Shown piece by piece: positions 8,497 through 17,600 of a stretch of 64,000 nucleotides of DNA. The translations under genes were made by a program, and so were the position numbers. The number at the start of each line of letters is the position of its first letter. Position 1 is the stretch's first letter. The notes beneath the pieces were generated by a model. The model made no database searches and was not told the origin of the DNA. It saw only the letters and a list, made by a program, of their open reading frames with translations. This DNA comes from Lentisphaerae bacterium GWF2_57_35 (GTDB lineage: Bacteria; Verrucomicrobiota; Kiritimatiellia; CAIQIC01; GWF2-57-35), in assembly GCA_001804865.1 (NCBI GenBank), contig MHBK01000061.1, forward strand, positions 9,547-73,546, written 5' to 3'.

Positions 8497-10307
8497 ACGT
8501 CGTAGTGGCCGATTACGACATCTTCACAGCGTACGGACACGGCGTCGAATGCTGCTGGAAGGGGTTGATCTCCGGGAAAACGGCGGTCTCCGAAACGGAG
8601 CGCCTGAAGAATCGAAAACCCGGATCTTGGTTTGCGGCGACGAGCGACGAATTGTCGTACGCACACGACGCCTCCCTGGCGGCGCAGATGCTGGAACGCT
8701 TGCTGCCGCCGCTGCACGGACGCCTCCCGCCCGATACGCTCGTGCTGCTGGCCACGACCGCCGGCGAGATCGATCTTCTGGAAAAAAGTTTGCTTAAAGA
8801 AAAGCCGTCCAGGCCTCAGGCGCCCGCGAGTCTTCTGGACGCCGTTACCCGCTGGGTTGGGCTCGAACGCCCGGGACACCTGATCTCGTGCGCCTGCGCC
8901 TCGTCGTCCATGGCGATGACCCTGGCCGCCCATTTAATCTCCCTCGGCCGTGAATCCAGCGTTTTGGTGGCGGCCTGCGACGCGGTGACGGAATTTGTGA
9001 TGGCCGGCTTTGGAACCATGTCGGCCCTTGCGCCTTCGCCGGCGAGACCCTTTCATAAGGACCGCGACGGTTTGAATCTGGGCGATGGCGCCGGCTGGTT
9101 ATGGCTGCTTCGCGAGGATTTCGCTCAAGAACATGCGATCAAGGCAAAAGCCTATCTGACCGGATGGAGCGCGCAGGGCGATTATTACCACATGACGGCG
9201 CCGGACCCCGAGGGGTGCGGACTCAGCCGTGCAATGGATCTCTCTTTGGACATGGCGGGATTGCGTCCGACCCAGGTGGATGCGATTTGCGCGCATGGCA
9301 CGGGAACGCGATATAACGACGACATGGAAATGCACGCCTTCGAACGCGTGCTGGGCCGGCATGCGTGCCCGGTATTTTCGGTCAAAGGCGGCATCGGACA
9401 CACGCTGGGCGCCGCGGGTCTCGTCGAAGCCGCCCTGGCCATCGAGTCGTTGCGTCGCCAACAGGTTCCGCCCAGCATCGGAGCCGATGAGGTGGAGCCT
9501 TTGGGCGGAGGACGGATTTCCAGCAAGGGCCATGATTTATCCAACCCGCGCATCGCCCTGTCCACCAATTCCGGATTTGGAGGAGTCAATACCTCTCTGG
9601 TGGTCGAGCTGCAACGCCCCCAAGAAGTCTCGCCGACCAAAGAGGCCCAGGCCCATTTGATCGCCATGAGCTGGGCCGACGACGAGCAGTGCGGGTTCGT
9701 TCGTCCGGGCTGCGAACCGATGGCGATCTCTCGCGCGCAGGAAAAAGACGGCTCGTTGCTGGCCCGGCCATATAAGAATTGGGGGCGGCTCAGTCCTCTG
9801 TCGAAAAAAATGGTCCACGCCCTGGCGCTGGCCCTGAAAGAAATGGACACGCCTTACAAAATGGGCGGGCCGATTCCGTGGGGGATCGTTAGCGTCAATA
9901 CCTCGGGATGCCAGGCTGACAACGAACGGTATTTCAAGGATTACGCGGAGGCCGGTCGCACCCTAGCCCGCGGGTCGTTGTTTGTCTATACGCTGCCCAC
10001 CAGCCCGATTGCCGAGGCGGCCCTGCATTTTCGCCTGGCCGGTCCGTTGTTTCATGTCGTGCAAGCGCAAGAGGATTACTCGCTCATCCTGAATTGGGCG
10101 GAGAGTTTCTTTGCGGGCGGCGACGCAGAAGGTATGATCGTGGTTTCGACGGAGCAGCCCCGCGTGGTCTGCGGTTTTTTGACGCGAGAAGGGGACGGGA
10201 GGGGCCGCGGTCTCGCGGACCTTGTTCATGGGCCTTTCGCCGCGCGAGAGGCGCCCTTGAATTCCGGAAACGATCGGTTGGAAGCATACTTAAAGCAGTC
10301 TTTATAA
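8493..10307 (+). CDS. Beta-ketoacyl-ACP synthase fused to a C-terminal KS-like domain lacking a catalytic Cys (KS-CLF fusion)
   Basis: N-terminal ~385 aa carry the Cys-His-His triad in canonical motifs (ISCACASS, ICAHGTGT, GIGHTLGAAG). The C-terminal ~215 aa (...IPWGIVSVNTSGCQADNERYF...LPTSPIAEAALHFRLAGPLFHV...) resemble the thiolase-fold CLF-like protein at 39072..39998. ATGA overlap with the thioesterase gene. Confidence 0.75.
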   Translation: MNVVVADYDIFTAYGHGVECCWKGLISGKTAVSETERLKNRKPGSWFAATSDELSYAHDASLAAQMLERLLPPLHGRLPPDTLVLLATTAGEIDLLEKSLLKEKPSRPQAPASLLDAVTRWVGLERPGHLISCACASSSMAMTLAAHLISLGRESSVLVAACDAVTEFVMAGFGTMSALAPSPARPFHKDRDGLNLGDGAGWLWLLREDFAQEHAIKAKAYLTGWSAQGDYYHMTAPDPEGCGLSRAMDLSLDMAGLRPTQVDAICAHGTGTRYNDDMEMHAFERVLGRHACPVFSVKGGIGHTLGAAGLVEAALAIESLRRQQVPPSIGADEVEPLGGGRISSKGHDLSNPRIALSTNSGFGGVNTSLVVELQRPQEVSPTKEAQAHLIAMSWADDEQCGFVRPGCEPMAISRAQEKDGSLLARPYKNWGRLSPLSKKMVHALALALKEMDTPYKMGGPIPWGIVSVNTSGCQADNERYFKDYAEAGRTLARGSLFVYTLPTSPIAEAALHFRLAGPLFHVVQAQEDYSLILNWAESFFAGGDAEGMIVVSTEQPRVVCGFLTREGDGRGRGLADLVHGPFAAREAPLNSGNDRLEAYLKQSL

Positions 10308-10319
10308 AGAGATTCATTT

Positions 10320-11567
10320 GTGAAAATTAAACTCGTCTATCCGCGGTGGCCCAAATTGCCCAATCAACCGGAATTTCATCTGCCGCCGCACGGCCCCGTA
10401 GTTTTTGCCGCGGCGATTCCGCGCGAGCATGAGATTTCGTTTTGCGACGAGCATGTGCAAACGCTGGACTTTGCAGAGTCGGCGGATTTGATTTGCATCT
10501 CCTGCATGCTGACCTGTCAGACGGCCCGGGCCTGGGAGATTGCGGACGCGTATCGGGCGCTGGGGAAGAAGGTGGTCCTTGGCGGCATCGCCACGATGCT
10601 CCACGCGGAGGAAAGCGCGCAGCACGCCGATGCGGTCTTCATCGGCGAAGCGGAGGGTCACTTCGAAAAAGTGTTGGCCGATTTCGAACGGGGCGAGTTG
10701 AAAAAGACCTATAATTTCTTTGGCCAGTGGCCGGACCTGCGCGATGTAGGCCCGGCGCGGCGGGACATTTTAAACCGCGAGGCCTACAACTACCGCGGCG
10801 TGCAAATGGTGGATCTGGTCCATTGCTCCCGCGGCTGCCGCTTCGATTGCTTTCCCTGCTGCGTGGCGTATCTCGGCGGGCAGAAGTTTCGGCCGCGGCC
10901 GTTCGAGCGCGTCATCGAGGAGTTGGAGTCGATCCCGAACAACCGCTTGTTCATTGTAGACAATTCGCTCGCGCAGGACGACGACTGGGAGCGGGAACTT
11001 TTCCGGGCGATCGCGCCGCTGAAGAAAAAATGGGTGTCGCATCCCATCCGCGACAAGGACGATATCCTCGATCTGGCGGCCGAGGCGGGCTGCTGGTATG
11101 TGTATCAGTCCGTCATCGACACCAGCGACTTCATGCGTACGCGCATCAAGAGATATCACGATCGGGGCATCGGCGTGGAGGGCACCATCATTCTCGGCTT
11201 GGACGATCACGACGAAGACTACATCAAGCGCCTGGTCGATTTCCTGCTGGAGTGCCGGCTCGACCTGGCCGAGTTCACGGTCGTGACGCCGTTTCCGCAC
11301 ACGCCCATTCGCGCCAAGATGGAGCGGGAAGGCCGCATCTTGCACAACGACTGGAAGCGTTATACAGCCGGCGAAACCGTCTTTAAACCCGCAAAGATGA
11401 GCGTCGACAAGTTGAACGAAATGTACCAGTACGCGTGGGATACTTTTTATCGCGACGAGCCCAAGGAAATCAAGATGGGCAAGCTGTACCGCCGCGTGCT
11501 GGAAAAGGAAATGGCGGACGGCACGTTCCGGTCCCATCGGGCCACGGGTGGCAAATGGGGCCATTGA
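10320..11567 (+). CDS. B12-binding-domain radical SAM enzyme (class B rSAM)
   Basis: N-terminal Rossmann-like cobalamin-binding region (KIKLVYPRW...DLICISCMLT), then the radical SAM Cx3Cx2C motif (CRFDCFPC). GTG start per the track. Confidence 0.75.
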   Translation: MKIKLVYPRWPKLPNQPEFHLPPHGPVVFAAAIPREHEISFCDEHVQTLDFAESADLICISCMLTCQTARAWEIADAYRALGKKVVLGGIATMLHAEESAQHADAVFIGEAEGHFEKVLADFERGELKKTYNFFGQWPDLRDVGPARRDILNREAYNYRGVQMVDLVHCSRGCRFDCFPCCVAYLGGQKFRPRPFERVIEELESIPNNRLFIVDNSLAQDDDWERELFRAIAPLKKKWVSHPIRDKDDILDLAAEAGCWYVYQSVIDTSDFMRTRIKRYHDRGIGVEGTIILGLDDHDEDYIKRLVDFLLECRLDLAEFTVVTPFPHTPIRAKMEREGRILHNDWKRYTAGETVFKPAKMSVDKLNEMYQYAWDTFYRDEPKEIKMGKLYRRVLEKEMADGTFRSHRATGGKWGH

Positions 11568-11589
11568 CCGTCATGCGGCGGAGCAGGAC

Positions 11590-12957
11590 ATGAAGATCGT
11601 CCTGATTTCAGCCAATCAAACGACGTCGCCCTATCCCGTGTTTCCTCTGGGCGCCTCGGTCGTATCCGCCGCCCTGAAAGCGGCCGGACACGAGGTGCTC
11701 TTCCTCGATGGACTGGCCGATGGAGTCTCGCAGGAAGCGGGTCTGGCGCGCCTGCGCGGACACGATCCCCGGCTGGTTTGCCTTTCGCTTCGCAACATCG
11801 ACAACACCAGCAGCGCCCATGAGGAATGCTATCTGGATGCCGTCGCCGCGCTGGTGGCCGGCGTGCGGACGGTCACACAAGCGCCGATCCTGGTGGGCGG
11901 CGCCGGCTTCTCGTTGATGCCTGAGGCCATCCTGAAACGCCTGGGCGCGGACTACGGCATCGCCGGCGAGGGGGAACGGGCGGTTCTGGAGTTTGTCGCG
12001 CGCCTGGAACGGGGGGAATTTCCGCCTACTTCGATCGTCAGGCCTGCGGCGTTTCTGGCCGAACCGGATATCGGCGCCGCCGATTACGGATTGCCCTGCG
12101 TCGATTATTACGTGGAGCAGGGCGGGGGCATGGTAGGCGTGCAAACCAAGCGCGGTTGTCCGCACGCTTGCGGCTATTGTTCGTATCCGGTCCTTGAAGG
12201 CCGCGCCTTGCGCGCGCGCGATCCCAAAGCCGTGGTGCAGGACATCGAACGTCTGATCGGCGAGCGGGGCATGAAATATTTGTATTTTGTCGATGCCGTC
12301 TTCAACGACTCGCAGGGCCTCTATCGGCAGGTCGTCGAGGAAATGCTGGCCCGCCGCATTCGCATTCCCTGGGTTGCCTTTTTCAAACCGACGCCCATCC
12401 CCGACGATGTCCTGGCCATGATGAAGGCCACCGGCTGGGCGGCCGCGGAAGTCGGTTCGGACGGTACGACCGATGAAACCCTGCGCGGGTTGCACAAGCC
12501 CTTTGCCTGGGCAGACGTGGAGGCCTTTCAAGCGGCCTTGAATCGGCATCGGGTGCCCGTCGCGCATTATTTCATCTTCGGCGGCCCCGGCGAGACGCGG
12601 GCGACCGTGCAGGCCGGCATCGACCATGTCCTGCGCTTGTCCTCCGCCGTACGGTTCGTCTATACCGGCATCCGCGTGCTGCCGGAAACGGATATCGAAC
12701 AAATCGCCCGGCGGGAGGGCTTGCTCGCGCCGGGGCAGTCGCTCTTGGAGCCGGTCTATTATTTCTCGCCGCAGATCGAGCGGGGTTGGCTGGAAAATCT
12801 CCTTCGCGAAAAGCTATCGCCCGATCCGCTGTGCTTTTATCCGCCCGAAAACTTTGCCCTCCGGATTGCCGAGTTTCATCGAAAAGGTTTTATGGGGCCG
12901 TTGTGGGAAATGGCGCTGGGGCATCGACCGCCTCGGAGGATTCGATCCCGTGGATAA
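11590..12957 (+). CDS. B12-binding-domain radical SAM enzyme (second, tandem paralog)
   Basis: MKIVLISANQ... B12-binding fold, then RGCPHACGYCSYP (Cx3Cx2C). GGAG RBS 8 nt before ATG 11590. The track ORF starts at an upstream GTG 11548 overlapping the previous gene. Confidence 0.75.
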   Translation: MKIVLISANQTTSPYPVFPLGASVVSAALKAAGHEVLFLDGLADGVSQEAGLARLRGHDPRLVCLSLRNIDNTSSAHEECYLDAVAALVAGVRTVTQAPILVGGAGFSLMPEAILKRLGADYGIAGEGERAVLEFVARLERGEFPPTSIVRPAAFLAEPDIGAADYGLPCVDYYVEQGGGMVGVQTKRGCPHACGYCSYPVLEGRALRARDPKAVVQDIERLIGERGMKYLYFVDAVFNDSQGLYRQVVEEMLARRIRIPWVAFFKPTPIPDDVLAMMKATGWAAAEVGSDGTTDETLRGLHKPFAWADVEAFQAALNRHRVPVAHYFIFGGPGETRATVQAGIDHVLRLSSAVRFVYTGIRVLPETDIEQIARREGLLAPGQSLLEPVYYFSPQIERGWLENLLREKLSPDPLCFYPPENFALRIAEFHRKGFMGPLWEMALGHRPPRRIRSRG

Positions 12958-13849
12958 CAGTCTTCTAAAAAAACGCGGAAACAATCTGGGCTTCTGGTTT
13001 TTCAAGGCCGCCCTCGATCTCTTTGGGCTGCGCGGCGCTTATGTCCTGCTGGGTTTTGTGGCGGGATACTACTGGCTGTTCGACCGCACCGCGCGACGGA
13101 GCGCGCGCGCCTATTTGCAGCGGCGCTTCCGCGGCCGGTCGGGCTGGGCCGCCCAGCGCGACATCTACCGCCTGTTCTACAGCCAGGGCGTTTCGCTCAT
13201 TGACCGTTACGTCATGGCCATGAAGCCCTCCCTGTTTTCCCTCGGCATTGTGAATTACGAAGCAATCCGCCCGCTCGTGGAAGATCCCCGCCAGGGCTTC
13301 ATCCTGCTGACCTCGCACGTGGGCAACTGGCAGGCCGTGATGCTGGCCCTGGGACGCATGAACCGGCGCGTAAATTTATTGATGCGCACCGAGGAAAACG
13401 AGGCGGTGAATCAATACTTGCGCATTCAGGAAGCCGGCGGGCTCATCGATATCGTCTCGCCGGATTTGCCCTTGGGCGGAGTGCTGGAGTTGACCCAGCG
13501 CATCCAGCGCGCCGAAATCGTCGCCATCATGGGCGACCGGGCTTATACCTCCGACACCGCCGAAATCGTTTTCCTGGGCGACCAAGCCGGCTTTCCGCGC
13601 GGCGCTTTTCATCTGGCCTCGGCCTGGGACTGCCCGGTCGTGGTGATGTTTACCGCCAAAACAGGCCCCTCCGCCTACGACGTCGAAATTGCCGGCGTCA
13701 TCCATCCCGGTCAAACTCCCGGCACCGTCAAGCGCGAGCGCATTTCCCATATGGCGCAGCAGTACGCCGACCTGCTTTCCGCCTATGCCGAGCGACATCC
13801 GTATCAGTTCTATCTTTTTCACGACGTCTGGACTCGCCCGGGCGGATAG
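12950..13849 (+). CDS. LpxL/HtrB-family lipid acyltransferase (LPLAT; ApeJ-like)
   Basis: N-terminal hydrophobic segment, then ILLTSHVGNWQ (HX4D-like acyltransferase motif region) and ...IMGDRAYTSD...VFLGD. GTG start overlapping the upstream stop (GTGGATAA). Start uncertain. Confidence 0.6.
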   Translation: MDNSLLKKRGNNLGFWFFKAALDLFGLRGAYVLLGFVAGYYWLFDRTARRSARAYLQRRFRGRSGWAAQRDIYRLFYSQGVSLIDRYVMAMKPSLFSLGIVNYEAIRPLVEDPRQGFILLTSHVGNWQAVMLALGRMNRRVNLLMRTEENEAVNQYLRIQEAGGLIDIVSPDLPLGGVLELTQRIQRAEIVAIMGDRAYTSDTAEIVFLGDQAGFPRGAFHLASAWDCPVVVMFTAKTGPSAYDVEIAGVIHPGQTPGTVKRERISHMAQQYADLLSAYAERHPYQFYLFHDVWTRPGG

Positions 13850-13869
13850 TTTTGCAGCTTTGAGAGAGA

Positions 13870-13879
13870 GGGGGGGGGG
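13870..13879. repeat. Homopolymeric G10 tract preceded by (GA)4
   Basis: TGAGAGAGAG-GGGGGGGGG-A lies 21 nt downstream of the acyltransferase stop. Confidence 0.8.
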
Positions 13880-13902
13880 AGCTCCAACGCAAGTCCCGCT
13901 TG

Positions 13903-14109
13903 GCCCTTCGACAAGCGCAGGCCAGGCGCATGGGGCAAAACGGGGGCGCGCCATCTTGGTTCATTGGCGGCGTTGGCGCAGGCCGGGCGGACAAAAGTCC
14001 TGCCCGGCCTGCGCCGCCTTGCCACTGAACCAAGCTGACGCGCCCCCGTTTTGGGGCCGATCGGAATCGGCCCGGCCCCATGCGCCTGGCCTGGCTTGTC
14101 GAAGGGCCA
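13903..14109. repeat. ~207-bp long near-perfect inverted repeat (nested arms A/B/C around a GGGCGGACAAAAGTCCTGCCC centre); candidate structured RNA or MITE-like element
   Basis: Arm A 13903-13937 versus 14076-14109 (one indel). Arm B AAAACGGGGGCGCG versus CGCGCCCCCGTTTT (perfect). Arm C ~13951-13988 versus 14006-14039 (imperfect). An additional hairpin CCCCATGcCAGTaaACTGgaCATGGGG lies at 14122-14148. Confidence 0.65.
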
Positions 14110-14176
14110 AGCGACAGCCACCCCATGCCAGTAAACTGGACATGGGGTTCCATTGCGGTAGTTGTTTTCTGTGGAG

Positions 14177-14204
14177 CCGGGGCGACTCGCCCCGGTCTTT
14201 TCTG
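14177..14204 (+). terminator. Rho-independent terminator ending the locus A operon (CCGGGGCG-ACT-CGCCCCGG + TCTTTTCT)
   Basis: Perfect 8-bp GC stem, 3-nt loop, U-rich tail on the + strand. Confidence 0.55.
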
Positions 14205-14253
14205 TCGGAACCTTTTTCTTTCGTAGCCGCCGGCGTAAGCCGGTGGCCTTTCA

Positions 14254-14469
14254 TTAGCCTTGCGCTGACAAGACGTTGCCCAGCAGGCGGCGGTATTCCT
14301 GCACCCATTTTCCGGCCAACACCTTCTTGCCAATCAGATAAAAAGCGTTTCCCAATTCATCCGAGCTTTCCAGCAAAGCCCGCGAATCGTTCAGGGCCAA
14401 CCCTTGGGCGTATTGAGTCTGTTTGGCGTCAATGAAGTCGTCGATGTTCACGATGTCTTGCAAGGTCAT
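14254..14469 (-). CDS. Hypothetical small protein (71 aa)
   Basis: ORF with genome-typical codon usage. No recognisable family. Confidence 0.3.
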   Translation of the reverse strand: MTLQDIVNIDDFIDAKQTQYAQGLALNDSRALLESSDELGNAFYLIGKKVLAGKWVQEYRRLLGNVLSAQG

Positions 14470-14694
14470 AGGTACAGCCTTTGTTGGGTTTCACGCCCGC
14501 GGAGGCGCACTGCGCTTCTCTGGCTGTTCCCAAGCAGGGTAGGCGCCAGTCCTCGTACCTCCAAGGAACCGACGAAAGACGCTTCATCAAGAAAGGTATT
14601 GCCTGCTGCAAAGAAACCTAGTATGCATCTAGCATAAATTTCAAAAAATGAAAAATCAGGAAGTGTTGAACGCATGAAAAGGAGGATGGGTTTG

Positions 14695-17600
14695 ATGAAA
14701 TGGTGCACTAGAGTTGTGATGGGCCTCCTATTTCTGGCGGCGGGAACCCGGCTGGTCGCGGATATTCATTATGTATCGCCGTCCGGGGACAACATTTCGC
14801 CGTATACGAGTTGGGCGACGGCCGCCCGGCTGGTGTCCAATGCCGTCTCCGTTGCCGGCGCGGGCGACACGGTGTTGGTCAGCAATGGGCTCTATTTCGT
14901 CTCCTCCGAAATCCTGCTGAAACAAGACGTTACTTTGCAGAGCGTCCAGGGTCCCGCCGCCACGATCCTGGATGGCAGCAACAAATGCCGGGTGGTTCGC
15001 ATGGCGGCGTCCAACGCCGTTTTGGATGGGTTTACCATTCAGCATGGGTTCGTCAATAACGGCGGGGGGGGCGGAGTTTGTCTCGAAGGAACCGGGGTGG
15101 TTCAAAACTGCGTCATTCGCGAAAACAAGGCTTCATCGGGTTATTATGCCGTAGGCGGGGGCGGGGTCTACTGCAACCGGGGCGGTACGGTCCGTTACTG
15201 CGAGATCCGGGATAACGAGGGCGCCTCCAGCGGCGGAGGGGTTCACTGCTACCTGGGCGGTCTGGTGCAGAATTGCGCGATAATTGGCAACGCCACGACG
15301 CTTTACGGTTCCGACGGCGGCGGCATCTATTTTGCACAAGGGGGCCGCGCGGAGAATTGCACGATCGGGGGAAACACGGCCTATGGCAGCGGAGATGGCA
15401 TCTACTGTTATGTGCAGGGCACGCTGGAAAACTGCATTATTTATCACAATGGCGACGAGAACTGGACGCCGGGGTGGAGCAACCGCATGACCTACTGCTG
15501 TACGACGCCCGCGGTGGGCGGCGCCGGCAATTTTACGAACGACCCGCGATGTCTGGCGCCGGTAGACGGTAATTTCCGGTTGTGCATGGACTCGCCGTGC
15601 CGGGATGCCGGCCTCCAGCGGCCGGAGTATCTCACGGCCCTGGATCTGGACGGCCGGCCCCGCGTGGCGGGGGCGGGCGTGGATCTGGGCGCCTACGAGG
15701 CCGGCCCGCTCCAGGCCGATTTTTCGGCCACTCGGCGGGTGGGGTTGGTTCCCTTGGATGTCGTCTATATGGCGGCGGTCTCGGCCACGAACGTGGACGG
15801 CCTCTGGTATGCCTGGGATCTCGACGGCGACTCGACCGTGGATATGGTCGGCTATGGTCTGGCCTGTGTGACCACGACCTATGAAACCATCGGCTGGCAT
15901 TCGGCCGCGCTGACGGTCGCCAATGCCGCCGGGGAAACCTCCCGCAGCGTAAAGCCGGCGTACTACGTGCAGGCCGGACCGACGGATGTTTACGTGGCGA
16001 CGAATGGCGGTGCGGCGTGGCCCTACGCCGACTGGAGCATGGCGGCGCGTTCGCTCCAGGCGGCGGTGGATGCCGGTGTAACCGGCACGCGGGTTTGGGT
16101 GTCGAATGGGCTGTACGTGCTGAACCAGCCTCTGACCCTTGCTCATGGCATTTATGTGAGCAGCATGAATGGCTTGGAAAGCACAACCCTCACGGGAACG
16201 GGCGGGGTGCGTTGCCTGTACTTGAATCATCCGCAGGCGGCGGTCGATGGGTTCACCATCACGAACGGCTATTCCGCTATGGGCTCGGGCGCCTATTTCG
16301 CGGAAGGCGGAGGCTCCGTGCGCCGTTGCCGGTTGGCCGGAAATCGCTCCTATGGATACGACGGCGGCGGGGCGGTCTATTTTGCGGCCGCCGGGCTGGT
16401 CGAAGATTGCGAGATCGTGGGCAATCGAGCGGAGTACCGGGGCGGGGGCGTAGCCTTCGTTAACGGCGGGATGGTCGATCGGTGCGTGATTTATGGAAAT
16501 CGAAGCTCCCAAGGCGGCGGCATCTATCTTTCCCAAGGAGGCTTGCTGCGAAATTCGCTGGTCTATGGCAATGCGGCTTCCTATGGAGGCGGAGCGTCCT
16601 CTTACAGCGGCGGTTTGATCGAGAATTCAACTCTTTGCCGCAATAGCGCCTCCGTGGTCGGAGGTGGGATTCAGGGGAACTGGGGCGGGATGCTGAGAAA
16701 CTCCATCGTATATTACAACGCGGCGCCGGAAGACGCCAATTGGTCGACGGAGGACAGTGGCCTGAGCTTCACCAATTGCTGCACCTTTCCGACCGCGGAC
16801 GGAGACGGCAACCAAGCCGGACCGCCGGGATTCCTCGATGAAGAGGAGTTCAATTTTGCCCTGATGCCGGACTCGCCTTGCCGCAACGCCGGCCGATACG
16901 AAACTTGGATGGAGGGGGCGACGGATGTGCGCGGTCAGGCGCGAGCGACAGAGAGTGCGGTGGATATGGGCGCCATGGAAACCGGCCCTTTGCAGGTGGA
17001 TATACGCGGCATGAACCTCACGGGACCCGCACCGCTGGCCGCCTGCTTCCAAACGGTTTGCTCGGGGACGAATACGACCATTGTGCGCTACGATTGGGAC
17101 CTGGACGGCGACGGCGTCATGGACTGGAGCGGGGCGGACGGTTCTGTGACGACAAATATTTTTACGACGGCCGGGCATTACGGGGTCATTTGCCAGGCGG
17201 TCAACTCCGCCGGCGAGACCGCGCGAGTCGCGAAGGCTTCCGGTTATGTGAAGGTGGGACCGGCTGCCGCCTACGTGGCCGCGTCGGGGGCGCACGAATA
17301 TCCCTACGACACCTGGGCCAAGGCGGCCACCAACATTCAGGCGGCCATTGGTGTCGGAACCTATGGAACGGTCGTCTGGGTCGCCAATGGAACCTATGTT
17401 TCCGGCGCGCGTCTGGCCGTTACCAATCACGTGACGCTGAAAAGCGTGAATGGGGCGGGTTGCACGATCGTTCAAGGCGAGGGCATGGACTCCTGCGTCT
17501 ACATGGACCAGGCGGAGGCTACGGTAGAGGGCTTCACGATCCAGGGCGGGTCTGGCAACGGCGGCGGCGTGCATATCCAGAGCGGCGGCCGTGTGCGGTA

